64,000 nt of DNA from Candidatus Woesearchaeota archaeon (GCA_964497715.1 CAZCDH010000001.1:25343-89342); one strand, 5' to 3'. Shown: positions 1-9,097, counted from the first letter of the stretch. The notes: a model not told the origin generated them from the sequence alone. Translations and numbers: made by a program.

Positions 1-686
1 GTTGGACCTCTCGAAGTTATGTCTTCTGTGAAAGTTGCATTTACTCTACTTCCGTCAGGTAGTGCACCATCCAGCAAAGGTGTAGCGTATGAAACATACT
101 GTCCGCACTTTTGAGCCAGTTTTTCAACAAAAGATGCTAACTCACCCATTTTAGTATATTTTACAGAGGTTTTTAAATTTCTGAATTTTCTGTGAACTAT
201 GAAAAGTGGAAACTCTGCACCATTACATTCTATATCTTCAATTAGTTGATCTTGCATTAAAGGTTCTATTCTTCCGAGTCCTACAAAATCTCTATAAATA
301 TAATACATAATTTTCAAATAGGATTCCTTAGTTAGAGTTATACGTAATTCGTTTAGGAGCACTCTAACATTTTTTTCTAAATATTCTATCACTGCCTCGC
401 CTTTTTTAACAGCTAAATAACTTATATTGATTAATTCCCTAACACCTTCTTCAATTAGATTTAGAACTTTCTTTTCCTTTGGCGTTAACTCTGGTTCCCC
501 TACTGTGTAAATTACTTCTTTTTGTTTCTCATCCCAATAGATATGGGCATAAGCGTAAGGTGCTATGAGTGCATATTTGACATTGATTTTTTCTTTTTCA
601 ACATCTTTGAAAACTGGTAATTTTGGTACAAGGTCTAGTTTAAATATTGTTTTCTCTTTTTTGTCTAGTTTTGGCAAATTTTTCAT
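1..686 (-). CDS. Type IV pilus/archaellum assembly ATPase (FlaI/PilB/VirB11 family), N-terminal part; the C-terminus runs off the window start.
   Basis: Hand translation of the minus strand from the ATG at 686-684 gives MKNLPKLDKKEKTIFKLDLVPKLPVFKDVEKEKINVKYALIAPYAYAHIYWDEKQKEVIYTVGEPELTPKEKKVLNLIEEG...MQDQLIEDIECNGAEFPLFIVHRKF...LAQKCGQYVSYATPLLDGALPDGSRVNATF. These are the N-terminal domain motifs of archaeal FlaI/GspE-type ATPases (YxxIxYDEK, YxVxEPxLTxEE, EDIxCNG, PxLDAxLPDGSRV). The ORF was not in the supplied track because it runs off the window. Its TAATG junction couples it to the upstream pilin gene. Confidence 0.75.
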   Translation of the reverse strand, partial: MKNLPKLDKKEKTIFKLDLVPKLPVFKDVEKEKINVKYALIAPYAYAHIYWDEKQKEVIYTVGEPELTPKEKKVLNLIEEGVRELINISYLAVKKGEAVIEYLEKNVRVLLNELRITLTKESYLKIMYYIYRDFVGLGRIEPLMQDQLIEDIECNGAEFPLFIVHRKFRNLKTSVKYTKMGELASFVEKLAQKCGQYVSYATPLLDGALPDGSRVNATFTEDITSRGP

Positions 687-1189
687 TATGATAAATCCTC
701 CAAGTGGATTTCATTATTTCCTCTGTTCTGGATAGCTATTCTGTGTTTCCCAGAGATTGGAAGAAATCCATCATAAGTTATATTGATTGAAGTGGTAGAG
801 TAGTCTAGCTCTAAACTAACCAAGTAATGGTCCCCTTCTTTTAGTGTTAATAATCTTAGATTCCCATGTTCGATAGTGATACCAGGTTCTGATAGAAGTG
901 CTGAGGTTTCCATATCCCATTTAATCTTTTCACCACCTGTGTCAATGTCAAATATCCCTTCACTAATTCCCATACTTATTACATCTGAGGCTCCTGGCCC
1001 TTGATTGTTTACTGATCTTATTACTCCATCTAAATTAGATAGTAGTTCTTCTGTTTGAATTAGAGTATGCCTGTCCCTCATCTTCTCTATAACTGGCATA
1101 CCAACTGCTAGAATTAAAGTTATTATTACTATTCCGAGTGCCATGTATAGCACTGCCGATATCCAAATTTGTCCTTTCCTCTTTTTCAT
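686..1189 (-). CDS. Class III signal-peptide (prepilin-like) protein, pilin/FlaG-like.
   Basis: The N-terminus MKKRKGQIWISAVLYMALGIVIITLILAV is a basic stretch, then a G|Q prepilin-peptidase-type site, then a hydrophobic helix. It is last in a run of five such genes and translationally coupled to the ATPase. Confidence 0.5.
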   Translation of the reverse strand: MKKRKGQIWISAVLYMALGIVIITLILAVGMPVIEKMRDRHTLIQTEELLSNLDGVIRSVNNQGPGASDVISMGISEGIFDIDTGGEKIKWDMETSALLSEPGITIEHGNLRLLTLKEGDHYLVSLELDYSTTSINITYDGFLPISGKHRIAIQNRGNNEIHLEDLS

Positions 1190-1218
1190 TTTAAAAAAAT
1201 AAAAAAATGGTGAAGTTA

Positions 1219-1683
1219 TTAAAATGTTATTTCTATCCCTTCACCACATGTTACTGCACAATTACATTCTTTATCTATGCCTTCTTGTGTGTATGCTACT
1301 TCAACTGTTGGTATAAACTTAGCTGAAACTGGATCTCCAGATAATCCTGTAAATTCTACAACAGTATTATTGAAAGATGATAAAGTTCCTTGTTTCACTT
1401 CTAATGATGCACCGTTTAAATCATAAACTCCAATTGCATAACTAGCGTCCACAGTATTTCTGTTGGTTATACTTATATTTGCAAGTAGTGTTCCATTAAC
1501 TCCAGTTATATCAAAATTCTTTAAATTCATACACCCAGTATTAGCTTCAATTTTACAACCTTCATCACACATTCTTGTTTTAGTTATATCTTCAATGAAA
1601 CCTATAACTAGAACTGCAAGTAGTATTGTAAATCCTACGATTAAAACTGTTGCAATTAACGGGGATATCGCTTTTTTATTCAC
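1219..1683 (-). CDS. Archaeal type IV pilin (Pilin_N-type class III signal peptide).
   Basis: The N-terminus MNKKAISPLIATVLIVGFTILLAVLVIG matches the archaeal pilin N-terminal consensus (KKAxSPVIATVLLI). Confidence 0.65.
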   Translation of the reverse strand: MNKKAISPLIATVLIVGFTILLAVLVIGFIEDITKTRMCDEGCKIEANTGCMNLKNFDITGVNGTLLANISITNRNTVDASYAIGVYDLNGASLEVKQGTLSSFNNTVVEFTGLSGDPVSAKFIPTVEVAYTQEGIDKECNCAVTCGEGIEITF

Positions 1684-1769
1684 TCTCTCTTCACCTCCTT
1701 TTTAATCATTCTTAAACTATAAACTTAGTTTAAAATTTGTTTAGTATGTATTTAAAGGTTTTGGTAGAA

Positions 1770-2222
1770 TTAATAACTTACGCTCGAGATTTCCATATTT
1801 TCATCACAGATTGATACCTGTCCTTGTATGACTATTATAGGCATTACTTCTATTTTTGTTGGAGTTCCTATTGCTGAAGAATCGAATGGTACTGATAAAG
1901 GAATTGTCGATGCTTGTAGGACTCCAGTACTTGTATCTACAGTTACTAATGAGTCTCCAGTAATTATTACTTTGAATTTATTTATATCTACAGAACCTTT
2001 ATTTTCTATTTCAAAAGATATATCTGTCCCAACCATGGTTGCAGATCCAAGCGTAAAATCTACTTCTTGTGCGCAACTTTGTTGACCTGTTAATCCGGGT
2101 TTATTTGTGTAATCATCCATTACTCCAGAGTACCAAAACCATACAAGTATTGCTAACACTATTGCAAATGCTACCATTAGAACTGTTGCAATCATTGGAC
2201 TTATCGCTTTTTTATTTATCAT
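1770..2222 (-). CDS. Archaeal type IV pilin (Pilin_N-type class III signal peptide).
   Basis: The ORF 1770..2237 contains MINKKAISPMIATVLMVAFAIVLAILV. The start was moved to the internal Met at 2222, which places it directly after the stop of the upstream gene (2224). Confidence 0.6.
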   Translation of the reverse strand: MINKKAISPMIATVLMVAFAIVLAILVWFWYSGVMDDYTNKPGLTGQQSCAQEVDFTLGSATMVGTDISFEIENKGSVDINKFKVIITGDSLVTVDTSTGVLQASTIPLSVPFDSSAIGTPTKIEVMPIIVIQGQVSICDENMEISSVSY

Positions 2223-2223
2223 T

Positions 2224-2781
2224 TTAACATACATCATTTAGATCTGGATTTGAATCTGTAATCTCTAATTTCTGATCCGGACAGTACATCACCTCATCAT
2301 CTATCTTTATCCACGCAATTATATTAACTTTTTTTACTGTATCAGTTAATGCAATTAGATTGACATCATAACATTCCTTATAGACCATTGAATCTGTTCC
2401 TGTTATCGGATCCATATCTCCCCCTATGCTCAGATTGAATTGATCGGACTCACCAGGTTGCAAACCTAGAGTTGTTGGCCCTGCATAAAGATCCAAACAC
2501 CATTGTTCTGCTATAGTTGCTGTCTCTCTACCTATTGTGTATCTCCAGATTTTAAAGTTACCGGTATTTGTTACATTGAAATTGATTGTTTTATCATCTG
2601 TTGCCCTACAAACCTCATTTATAGATAGCCTCACATCTTTACAATAAGTTTCTGGACCTGGTCCCGCAATATTAATGTCTCCCATTTCATCTATTATCCA
2701 GAGACTTATTCCTGTTCCCATAGCAACTGCAAACCCAAATAATAATATCCAGCTGATTAGTGGAGATATTCCCTTTTTCAT
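2224..2781 (-). CDS. Archaeal pilin-like protein with class III signal peptide.
   Basis: The N-terminus MKKGISPLISWILLFGFAVAMGTGISLWI has the KKG|ISPLI prepilin-type cleavage motif. Confidence 0.55.
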   Translation of the reverse strand: MKKGISPLISWILLFGFAVAMGTGISLWIIDEMGDINIAGPGPETYCKDVRLSINEVCRATDDKTINFNVTNTGNFKIWRYTIGRETATIAEQWCLDLYAGPTTLGLQPGESDQFNLSIGGDMDPITGTDSMVYKECYDVNLIALTDTVKKVNIIAWIKIDDEVMYCPDQKLEITDSNPDLNDVC

Positions 2782-2782
2782 T

Positions 2783-3478
2783 TTATGATGAAATAATCTG
2801 TTGGAGCACTCCTATAAATCTTTCTCCAAAAGTTTCTTCCCCTCCTCTTAATTTTGATCGCGGTGTCCAAGTTTCGTCACCTGTTCCAAGATTTATTACC
2901 TCTTCTCCAGAAGCAGTTCGTATTATAACTTTGAAGTCTGGACCGCCGCTTAAATTGAAATTATGTAAAAATCCACTAATAGATAGGTTCATTTGTTCCC
3001 CTGCAGCCCCAGATTGAGTGTACCAAGTTTTTCCTAAATCTCCAACAGATGTAGGAGTTTGGTGGGCAAAATCTTTGCCTCCGACTTCTAGAGTTATTGT
3101 TTGATTAATTACTTGACTTGTTGGAAAAATTATAGAATTACCATAATTTATAGTAGTCTCATCAAGATAATTAGAAACAGTTACATTTGTACCATTGCTG
3201 AAAACATAAACAAGTTCAACATGTGGATCTCTTTGTTTTGCATATTCTAAAAAAGACTTTGTGAAATTATCCAGTTTGTCTTCAATATTTTCAACATCTT
3301 CATCTTCTATCGCATAGTTTATTATCTTTGTAGATTCAGTTATATAATTCTGAGATAGGTCATCAAAATCTTCAAAAAGAATACTTTTTCTTAGAGTGTT
3401 TGATTCCATTGTGATAGCATATGTTGCCATAGCTAAAACTAAAACTGTGATTATGTAAAACTGGCCCCTTTTATTCAT
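2783..3478 (-). CDS. Pilin-like protein with class III signal peptide (KRG|Q); first gene of the pilus operon.
   Basis: The N-terminus is MNKRGQFYIITVLVLAMATYAITM. The Asn/Ser/Thr-rich mature part has N-x-S/T sequons typical of glycosylated archaeal pilins. Confidence 0.5.
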   Translation of the reverse strand: MNKRGQFYIITVLVLAMATYAITMESNTLRKSILFEDFDDLSQNYITESTKIINYAIEDEDVENIEDKLDNFTKSFLEYAKQRDPHVELVYVFSNGTNVTVSNYLDETTINYGNSIIFPTSQVINQTITLEVGGKDFAHQTPTSVGDLGKTWYTQSGAAGEQMNLSISGFLHNFNLSGGPDFKVIIRTASGEEVINLGTGDETWTPRSKLRGGEETFGERFIGVLQQIISS

Positions 3479-3494
3479 AGAGTAATTATTAATT

Positions 3495-3520
3495 TCACTT
3501 ATATAAATATCTTTTTGTTT
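3495..3520 (-). promoter_or_regulatory. Candidate archaeal TATA box/BRE for the pilin operon.
   Basis: The AT-rich element cttatataaatat lies about 25-35 nt upstream of the ATG at 3478. That spacing fits a leaderless archaeal transcript. Confidence 0.3.
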
Positions 3521-3542
3521 TAAAAGCCTTGAGAACTTATAA

Positions 3543-3614
3543 AGCCCGCGAGGGGATTTGAACCCCCGACCTCAGCCTTACCATGGCTACGCTCTACCTC
3601 TGAGCCACGCGGGC
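3543..3614 (-). tRNA. tRNA-Thr (anticodon GGU).
   Basis: The reverse complement GCCCGCGTGGCTCAGAGGTAGAGCGTAGCCATGGTAAGGCTGAGGTCGGGGGTTCAAATCCCCTCGCGGGC folds as a cloverleaf. It has a 7-bp acceptor, a GGTTCAAATCC T-arm, the anticodon loop AUGGUAA (so GGU), and no encoded CCA. Confidence 0.8.
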
Positions 3615-4235
3615 AATTTTTGATAAATGTCTTTTGTTAGAAAATCCAATTAATTTCATCCATCTTCTTAATTGTTTATGACCATAGATCTCTATCGAAT
3701 AACAATCATTATGATTTGGATTTTTATAGTTTCTCTTATAGCTATATATTTTAAAATCTTTCGATAAATAAGTCATTAATTGACTATGTAACCTTTTACT
3801 AATTGTATGAAATATTATTCTAGGATAAGGTTTATTGTATCTTTTTCTTTTGTCTAAAAATACTCCACCATCTGTATCGAATAAACCTCTTATTAAAGCA
3901 TGTAAATTTTTTTTATTATCAAATATTTTATCAGGAATATAAATTATTTTTGCTTTTTTGTTTGAATTTAAGTTGAAAAACAACTTTAAAAAATAATATA
4001 ATCTCTTTGAATAGATATTAACTCTAATTGCGTTTTTTCCATTAACTTTCTTAATAGATGTTTTTGCCATAAATAATTTATTTATTGTTGGCCCAATAGT
4101 TTTCGCATAATATTCCAGATCTAATGTTGAATCTCCAGAAAATTGAATAAGATAGTTACATCCTTTTGAGTTATAAGTGCACCCATCTCCCATGTATGCT
4201 CCAATAACCTCGCATAAATCTTCAGTTAATTCCAT
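3594..4235 (-). CDS. LAGLIDADG homing endonuclease, double-motif single-chain type.
   Basis: It carries two LAGLIDADG motifs, LCEVIGAYMGDGC and LIRGLFDTDGGVF, and is 213 aa long. Its last 21 nt (3594-3614) overlap the 5' acceptor/D-arm of tRNA-Thr. Confidence 0.75.
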   Translation of the reverse strand: MELTEDLCEVIGAYMGDGCTYNSKGCNYLIQFSGDSTLDLEYYAKTIGPTINKLFMAKTSIKKVNGKNAIRVNIYSKRLYYFLKLFFNLNSNKKAKIIYIPDKIFDNKKNLHALIRGLFDTDGGVFLDKRKRYNKPYPRIIFHTISKRLHSQLMTYLSKDFKIYSYKRNYKNPNHNDCYSIEIYGHKQLRRWMKLIGFSNKRHLSKIARVAQR

Positions 4236-4303
4236 ATAATAAAACTAGAAATTCATTTTATATACTCTTTTAGTGGCCTTGACATCATGACAAAATTAAA
4301 AAA

Positions 4304-4389
4304 TGAGGAAGAAGGGATTTGAACCCTCGTAGGCACTAAGCCACAGGATTTTAAGTCCTGCCCGTTTGACCAGACTCCGGCACCTCCTC
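4304..4389 (-). tRNA. tRNA-Leu (anticodon UAA).
   Basis: The reverse complement GAGGAGGTGCCGGAGTCTGGTCAAACGGGCAGGACTTAAAATCCTGTGGCTTAGTGCCTACGAGGGTTCAAATCCCTTCTTCCTCA has a long variable arm and the anticodon loop CUUAAAA (UAA). Confidence 0.75.
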
Positions 4390-4433
4390 ATATCGTAAGT
4401 TATAATCTGAAAACAGTTTATAAGATTTACTGA

Positions 4434-5327
4434 TTAGTGATGTTGTGCGTGTAAGTGCACACTTAGAAAATCTTTAAATTTTGATATGGAATATATAAGA
4501 GTTATACCTCCAATAACAATTAAACTACCTCCAATTATCATCTGTTCAGTTAATCTTTCTCCAAGAAAAATTGCTGCAAATATTATTGCTGAGATAGGAG
4601 TGATAGATAATTGCATTATTGCAGTTGTATCTGTACTTATATCTTTTAGTCCGAATGCTAAGAGTGTGTAAGGAATCGCAGTTAGAACTCCTCCTACAAA
4701 CACCATATGAGGCAGCACTGATATAATATCTCCAAATCCAAAGATCAATAATGTAGGGGCTAGAAAGAGGGTTGCAAATAACAATGCCCAAGCTATTGAA
4801 CTAGATCTATGACGTGTACCTTCATATTTCATATATACTAATAACGCCGCATGACATATGGAATTTAGTATTGCTATCAATACTCCCTTAAAACTTCCTG
4901 CCAAATTTAAAGGATTTAGTATAATTAATCCTGCTAAGATTAATATCATTGATATGACTTGCCGTTTTCTAAGTTTTTCTTTTAAAAATAAAAATGCAAA
5001 AAGTACTACAAAAAATACATAAGTTGATGTAATCAAAACTGCACTAGAAACCTCGATAAAAGACACTGCATATACAAACGAACTGATTGATGCAGCTAAA
5101 AAAAATCCAGAGATTGCAAATAGCTTGAGATCCTTTAATTTAACTTTGTAAAAATCTGGATCTATAAGAGGCAATACAATAAACAAGAATATTGTCCCAA
5201 TAAATAATCTGTAGAATGTAAATGTAAATGGATGGAGTGCATCTCCCACTAATTTTACTATAATCCCAACAAGTGCTACAAGAATGCTAGAGATTACTAT
5301 CGCCAACTTTTGTTGTTTATTTCTCAT
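4434..5327 (-). CDS. EamA/DMT-family transporter (about 10 TM helices).
   Basis: The 297-aa polytopic membrane protein shows duplicated 5-TM halves of the EamA type. Confidence 0.55.
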   Translation of the reverse strand: MRNKQQKLAIVISSILVALVGIIVKLVGDALHPFTFTFYRLFIGTIFLFIVLPLIDPDFYKVKLKDLKLFAISGFFLAASISSFVYAVSFIEVSSAVLITSTYVFFVVLFAFLFLKEKLRKRQVISMILILAGLIILNPLNLAGSFKGVLIAILNSICHAALLVYMKYEGTRHRSSSIAWALLFATLFLAPTLLIFGFGDIISVLPHMVFVGGVLTAIPYTLLAFGLKDISTDTTAIMQLSITPISAIIFAAIFLGERLTEQMIIGGSLIVIGGITLIYSISKFKDFLSVHLHAQHH

Positions 5328-5392
5328 TATTTAGATATTGGATTAGTTTCTTTAAAAAATTTACCATAAGGAATTGTTATCTTGAACTAAAT

Positions 5393-5506
5393 TTATTTCT
5401 TCTTTTGACACTCTTTGCAGATAGGTTTTCCTTTTACATAAGTTCCACTAATCTTTCCTAAAAAGGTTTCTTCAATAGTTTCCTTACATTCAGTACATTT
5501 AACCAT
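5393..5506 (-). CDS. Small zinc-ribbon protein of 37 aa. It is not in the ORF track.
   Basis: Minus-strand translation gives MVKCTECKETIEETFLGKISGTYVKGKPICKECQKKK, with CxxC-x20-CxxC. It sits between the TrmB regulator and the EamA transporter. Confidence 0.35.
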   Translation of the reverse strand: MVKCTECKETIEETFLGKISGTYVKGKPICKECQKKK

Positions 5507-5536
5507 AAAAATAAAAAGTTGGTTTCGCTTATAAAT

Positions 5537-6328
5537 CTACTTGTCTACAGTAGTTTTAGTTAGCGATTCCAGTGCTCCGGCAAAAAATGGCGCGTTTATC
5601 CATACACCCACATCATAAGAAGGATGTATTGCTTCATCATCTGTTACCATGAATAGAACTTCTTTTCCATCAACAACAACAAATCTCGCATCAAGGTTTT
5701 CAACATTCTTAATTTCAGCGTGTTTTGAGATATCTTTCATTTTCCCAATATCCTCTTGAGATACTGGTGCTGCAATTTTTATTGAAACTCCTTTTTTTGC
5801 TAACTTTGCAAATAAATGAGATAGTGCTTCGGTTTTTCTCGGTAGACCTTTTTCAGTAGTTACAATTGTTACAGAATCTTCTGCTTTCTTAACCATTGAC
5901 TCCAAGTGTGTGTATATATTATGCCTACCTCTTATTGAACCAGAAAGATCTGTAGGTTCAACAAATTCTACACCTTGTGTGTGAAGATTTGTTAGCTCAG
6001 TTAGTACATCAGTATTTGATAGATCTTTTAATTTTTGAATATTTTTAGTAGCATCCTCTTTTATAGATTTTTTAACACGCTCAACAACTTCTTTAGGTTC
6101 GACTGCTAAGTATTGGATTGGTTTTCCAAGCTTCATCATTACAAAACCTTTTTTCTCCAATGATTCTAAAACGTCGTATGTCCTTGAACGAGGTACATCT
6201 CCAATGTCGGATAACTCTCCTGCTGTTGAAACTCCTCTTGACAAAAGTGCTGTCCAAATTCTAACCTCATATAAGTTTAGTCCAAAAAATTGGCGTAGCT
6301 TGTTGAGAAAATCTTCTTTAACTATCAT
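5537..6328 (-). CDS. TrmB-family transcriptional regulator.
   Basis: The N-terminal winged HTH is LYEVRIWTALLSRGVSTAGELSDIGDVPRSRTYDVLESLEKKGFV, followed by a TrmB C-terminal sensor-like domain. Confidence 0.65.
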   Translation of the reverse strand: MIVKEDFLNKLRQFFGLNLYEVRIWTALLSRGVSTAGELSDIGDVPRSRTYDVLESLEKKGFVMMKLGKPIQYLAVEPKEVVERVKKSIKEDATKNIQKLKDLSNTDVLTELTNLHTQGVEFVEPTDLSGSIRGRHNIYTHLESMVKKAEDSVTIVTTEKGLPRKTEALSHLFAKLAKKGVSIKIAAPVSQEDIGKMKDISKHAEIKNVENLDARFVVVDGKEVLFMVTDDEAIHPSYDVGVWINAPFFAGALESLTKTTVDK

Positions 6329-6429
6329 TTATTTTAAACCCCTGAGTAACACCCCTCTTTTTATAAGTATTACAACCGATAAGTACTATATTAAAGTGGT
6401 GATATATAAAGATTATTATTGTTAAGTGA

Positions 6430-8091
6430 TTATTTTGTTTGAGATTTGTGAAGTTTTTTCACCCTTTCTAGATTATCAATATCTTTGAATCCTAAATCTT
6501 TTCTTAGTCTTATAACTTTTGGAAATCTTAGTGCAAATTCACTTTTGTACGTCGGTGATTTCTGAATTTCTTCATAACCTACTTCTAAAATTATTTTAGG
6601 TTTTAGTAGTACATGTTTACCTTTTTGTTCAGTTATTAGAGGTTTTAATTCGTTTGTTAACATCTCAAAAGTTAATTCTGCATCTTTTTCTGCAACTCCT
6701 GTCCCAACTTTCCCGATAGTTAATAGATTATTCTTATCTCTGCATGCCAAAGTGAAAGATGCTAACCAATCTGATCTTTTCCCTTCTCCCCAATCCGCTT
6801 CTATGATTACTAAGTCTAAATTCTCTTTTGTTGGCTTTAGTTTTACCCATCCACCAACTCTTCTACCTGGGATATATTCTGATTCAATATTCTTTATCAT
6901 CACTCCCTCATGTCCATCTTTCAAAGCTTTCTTGTAGAATTTTTCAACTTCTTTTTCTGAATCTGTTATTAATTTTTTTGTGATTACTATTTTCCTAGTT
7001 TCTTCTTTTGTAACTTCTTCTAGAATTTTCCTTCTTTCTTTCTGTGATATAGTTAATAGAGATTCCCTATCTTTACTTATTATATCAAACAGATTTATTT
7101 CTACAGGAGTTTCTTCTGCAGATTTTTCAATATCGTATTTTCTTCTTATTCTTTGAGAGATTGTTTGAAATGGTAAGTGTTTTTTTGTTTTTGGATCATA
7201 ACCAACTAGCTCCGAATCTAAGATGCATTCTTTTAGTTTTATATTCTCTCTAATTGTTGGAATAATTTCTTCGAATTGTTTTGTAACATTCTCTAGCCTT
7301 CTTGTAAATAGAGTTATTTCATCTCCTTTTTTATGAATCTGAAGTCTAAACCCATCTAGTTTCTGATCGACTAGTGCAGGCGTCCCTACTGCCTTAAATG
7401 CCTCTTCTATTGATTCCACTCTAATTGCAAGCATAGGATTTATGGGTTTCCCTGTCTTCATTTTTAAAGATTTTAATTTATTATTTTTTGCCGCTATTGC
7501 CACCTCTGCAAAATCATTTGTTAGGTTGTATGAGTTCTCTATCTCTTTTGATTCTTTTGAGAATGCTTTAGCAATTGAATCTTTTATAACTCCATCTTTT
7601 ACCCCAATCCTTAGATCTTCGATTAGGGTCCTAATTATGTATTTAGCTTCTTCTGGTTCTGCAGAAGCTAGTAGCTCGATAATGTATTGGATCTTTTTAG
7701 TTACTGTCCCTTTCCCTTCTAGCTCTGCAAGTTTTTGTATATTATTGAAAACCTTATCAACTGTTAATTTTGTTTTAAATAATGAGGTTTGTTTTGCTTT
7801 CGTTATCTGTTCCTCCACTACGATTCCTAAGTCCCCTTTCTTTACCCACTCTTTTTCTAGGTTATTTGTTGAGACTCCTGTTGCTGAGTTAATTGCTTTT
7901 AGAACTAATCTTGAAGAAATGCCTGTCTTTCTTTCGTCCCACTTTGGGAATACCTTTCCTTGTAATAAGTAAATTACTTTTTCTAGATCTTTAGTTTGTT
8001 TTAGAAGTTCTGAGATTATTTCTGTTTTTTCTAATCTTTTTGTGGTTGCTTCTAATTTATTGTATGTTTCTGTTAGTGTTGAGTATTTCAT
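6430..8091 (-). CDS. lig: ATP-dependent DNA ligase.
   Basis: It has the KxDG adenylation motif (VDQKLDGFRLQIHKK), later ligase motifs (EGVMIK, WVKLK) and an OB domain. At 553 aa it is typical of archaeal Lig1-type ligases. Confidence 0.8.
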   Translation of the reverse strand: MKYSTLTETYNKLEATTKRLEKTEIISELLKQTKDLEKVIYLLQGKVFPKWDERKTGISSRLVLKAINSATGVSTNNLEKEWVKKGDLGIVVEEQITKAKQTSLFKTKLTVDKVFNNIQKLAELEGKGTVTKKIQYIIELLASAEPEEAKYIIRTLIEDLRIGVKDGVIKDSIAKAFSKESKEIENSYNLTNDFAEVAIAAKNNKLKSLKMKTGKPINPMLAIRVESIEEAFKAVGTPALVDQKLDGFRLQIHKKGDEITLFTRRLENVTKQFEEIIPTIRENIKLKECILDSELVGYDPKTKKHLPFQTISQRIRRKYDIEKSAEETPVEINLFDIISKDRESLLTISQKERRKILEEVTKEETRKIVITKKLITDSEKEVEKFYKKALKDGHEGVMIKNIESEYIPGRRVGGWVKLKPTKENLDLVIIEADWGEGKRSDWLASFTLACRDKNNLLTIGKVGTGVAEKDAELTFEMLTNELKPLITEQKGKHVLLKPKIILEVGYEEIQKSPTYKSEFALRFPKVIRLRKDLGFKDIDNLERVKKLHKSQTK

Positions 8092-8202
8092 CAGTATTGA
8101 GTTGGTTTGTTTTAATATAAAGTTATTGATTACTTTGGAGGATCAATTGGTTTGAGAATATTAGGTTAGTTTCTTTTTCATTCTTTTCTCCACTCCCAAC
8201 TT

Positions 8203-8955
8203 TTATTTCTTTGCAGTTTTCCACAAAATATCAAAATATGATTTAAAACTTTTAGCTAGATCTTTATCCCTTACAACAAAAGCTATAGGATTTTCTAATA
8301 CTATTCCAAATAGTACTGCATCTGGAAATATATCTATCCAACTCATAGATGAAGAAACTTTTTTTAGATAACGAACATTAGTTAATTTCATTTTTTCTCT
8401 TTTGTCACCATATTTTTTTGCATCTTCATCATAGAGAATATTCATAGTTATTTTATTCTTTCTTCTTTTTCTATGGAAATCTAATAACCACCCTTCCCAC
8501 CTTTCATTAGCAATTTTTGGAGCACCTAGAACAAGTAAAGTTTCATTTGGTTTGAATGAGTTCATTAATTCTTCCCTAATTGCTTTTAGACCTTGTACCC
8601 CTTCATACATCTCTGCAACTCTTTTTTTTGATGATGTACTTCTCTGTTTCATTAATTCTGGAATGATTTGTATTACGTCTTCTTTTGTTTTGTTTAGTTC
8701 ATCTTCTTTTTTACTTAGGTATTCTAGGATCATATGTGGATCATTTGTTGTGAAATGTTTTGTTCCTGATTTTGTTATGTATCCAACTAAACCTTTCTCT
8801 ATTAATTTTTCTAAAATATCATAAATTTTTGATTTTGTTACTTTGGATTCATTTGTTATAGGACCTATTGTTGATTCTCCTAGCCTATTTAGTGCCAAGT
8901 AAACTTTTATTTCACCCTTAGTTAATCCAAGTTTTTCAAATAGTTGTTCATCCAT
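8203..8955 (-). CDS. TrmB-like HTH transcriptional regulator.
   Basis: The N-terminus is LGLTKGEIKVYLALNRLGESTIGPITNESKVTKSKIYDILEKLIEKGLV (TrmB-type winged helix). The gene is divergent from the glnA region. Confidence 0.55.
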   Translation of the reverse strand: MDEQLFEKLGLTKGEIKVYLALNRLGESTIGPITNESKVTKSKIYDILEKLIEKGLVGYITKSGTKHFTTNDPHMILEYLSKKEDELNKTKEDVIQIIPELMKQRSTSSKKRVAEMYEGVQGLKAIREELMNSFKPNETLLVLGAPKIANERWEGWLLDFHRKRRKNKITMNILYDEDAKKYGDKREKMKLTNVRYLKKVSSSMSWIDIFPDAVLFGIVLENPIAFVVRDKDLAKSFKSYFDILWKTAKK

Positions 8956-9097
8956 GCAGTTATTATTATTATTTTTCTGTTATTTAAACCTTTCTAAAGT
9001 ATCCCCCCAGTAGGGGCACTATGTTTATATATCTAAATGTTACTACTATAGTATAATAAATCCAAAGATATTTGTTAAAAAATGGAGGAAAAATAAA

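Noticed and set aside
3543-3614. Idea that the homing endonuclease ORF is encoded inside a tRNA intron.
   Set aside because: Both tRNA-Thr and tRNA-Leu fold as contiguous cloverleaves with intact anticodon loops. The ORF lies between them, not within either.
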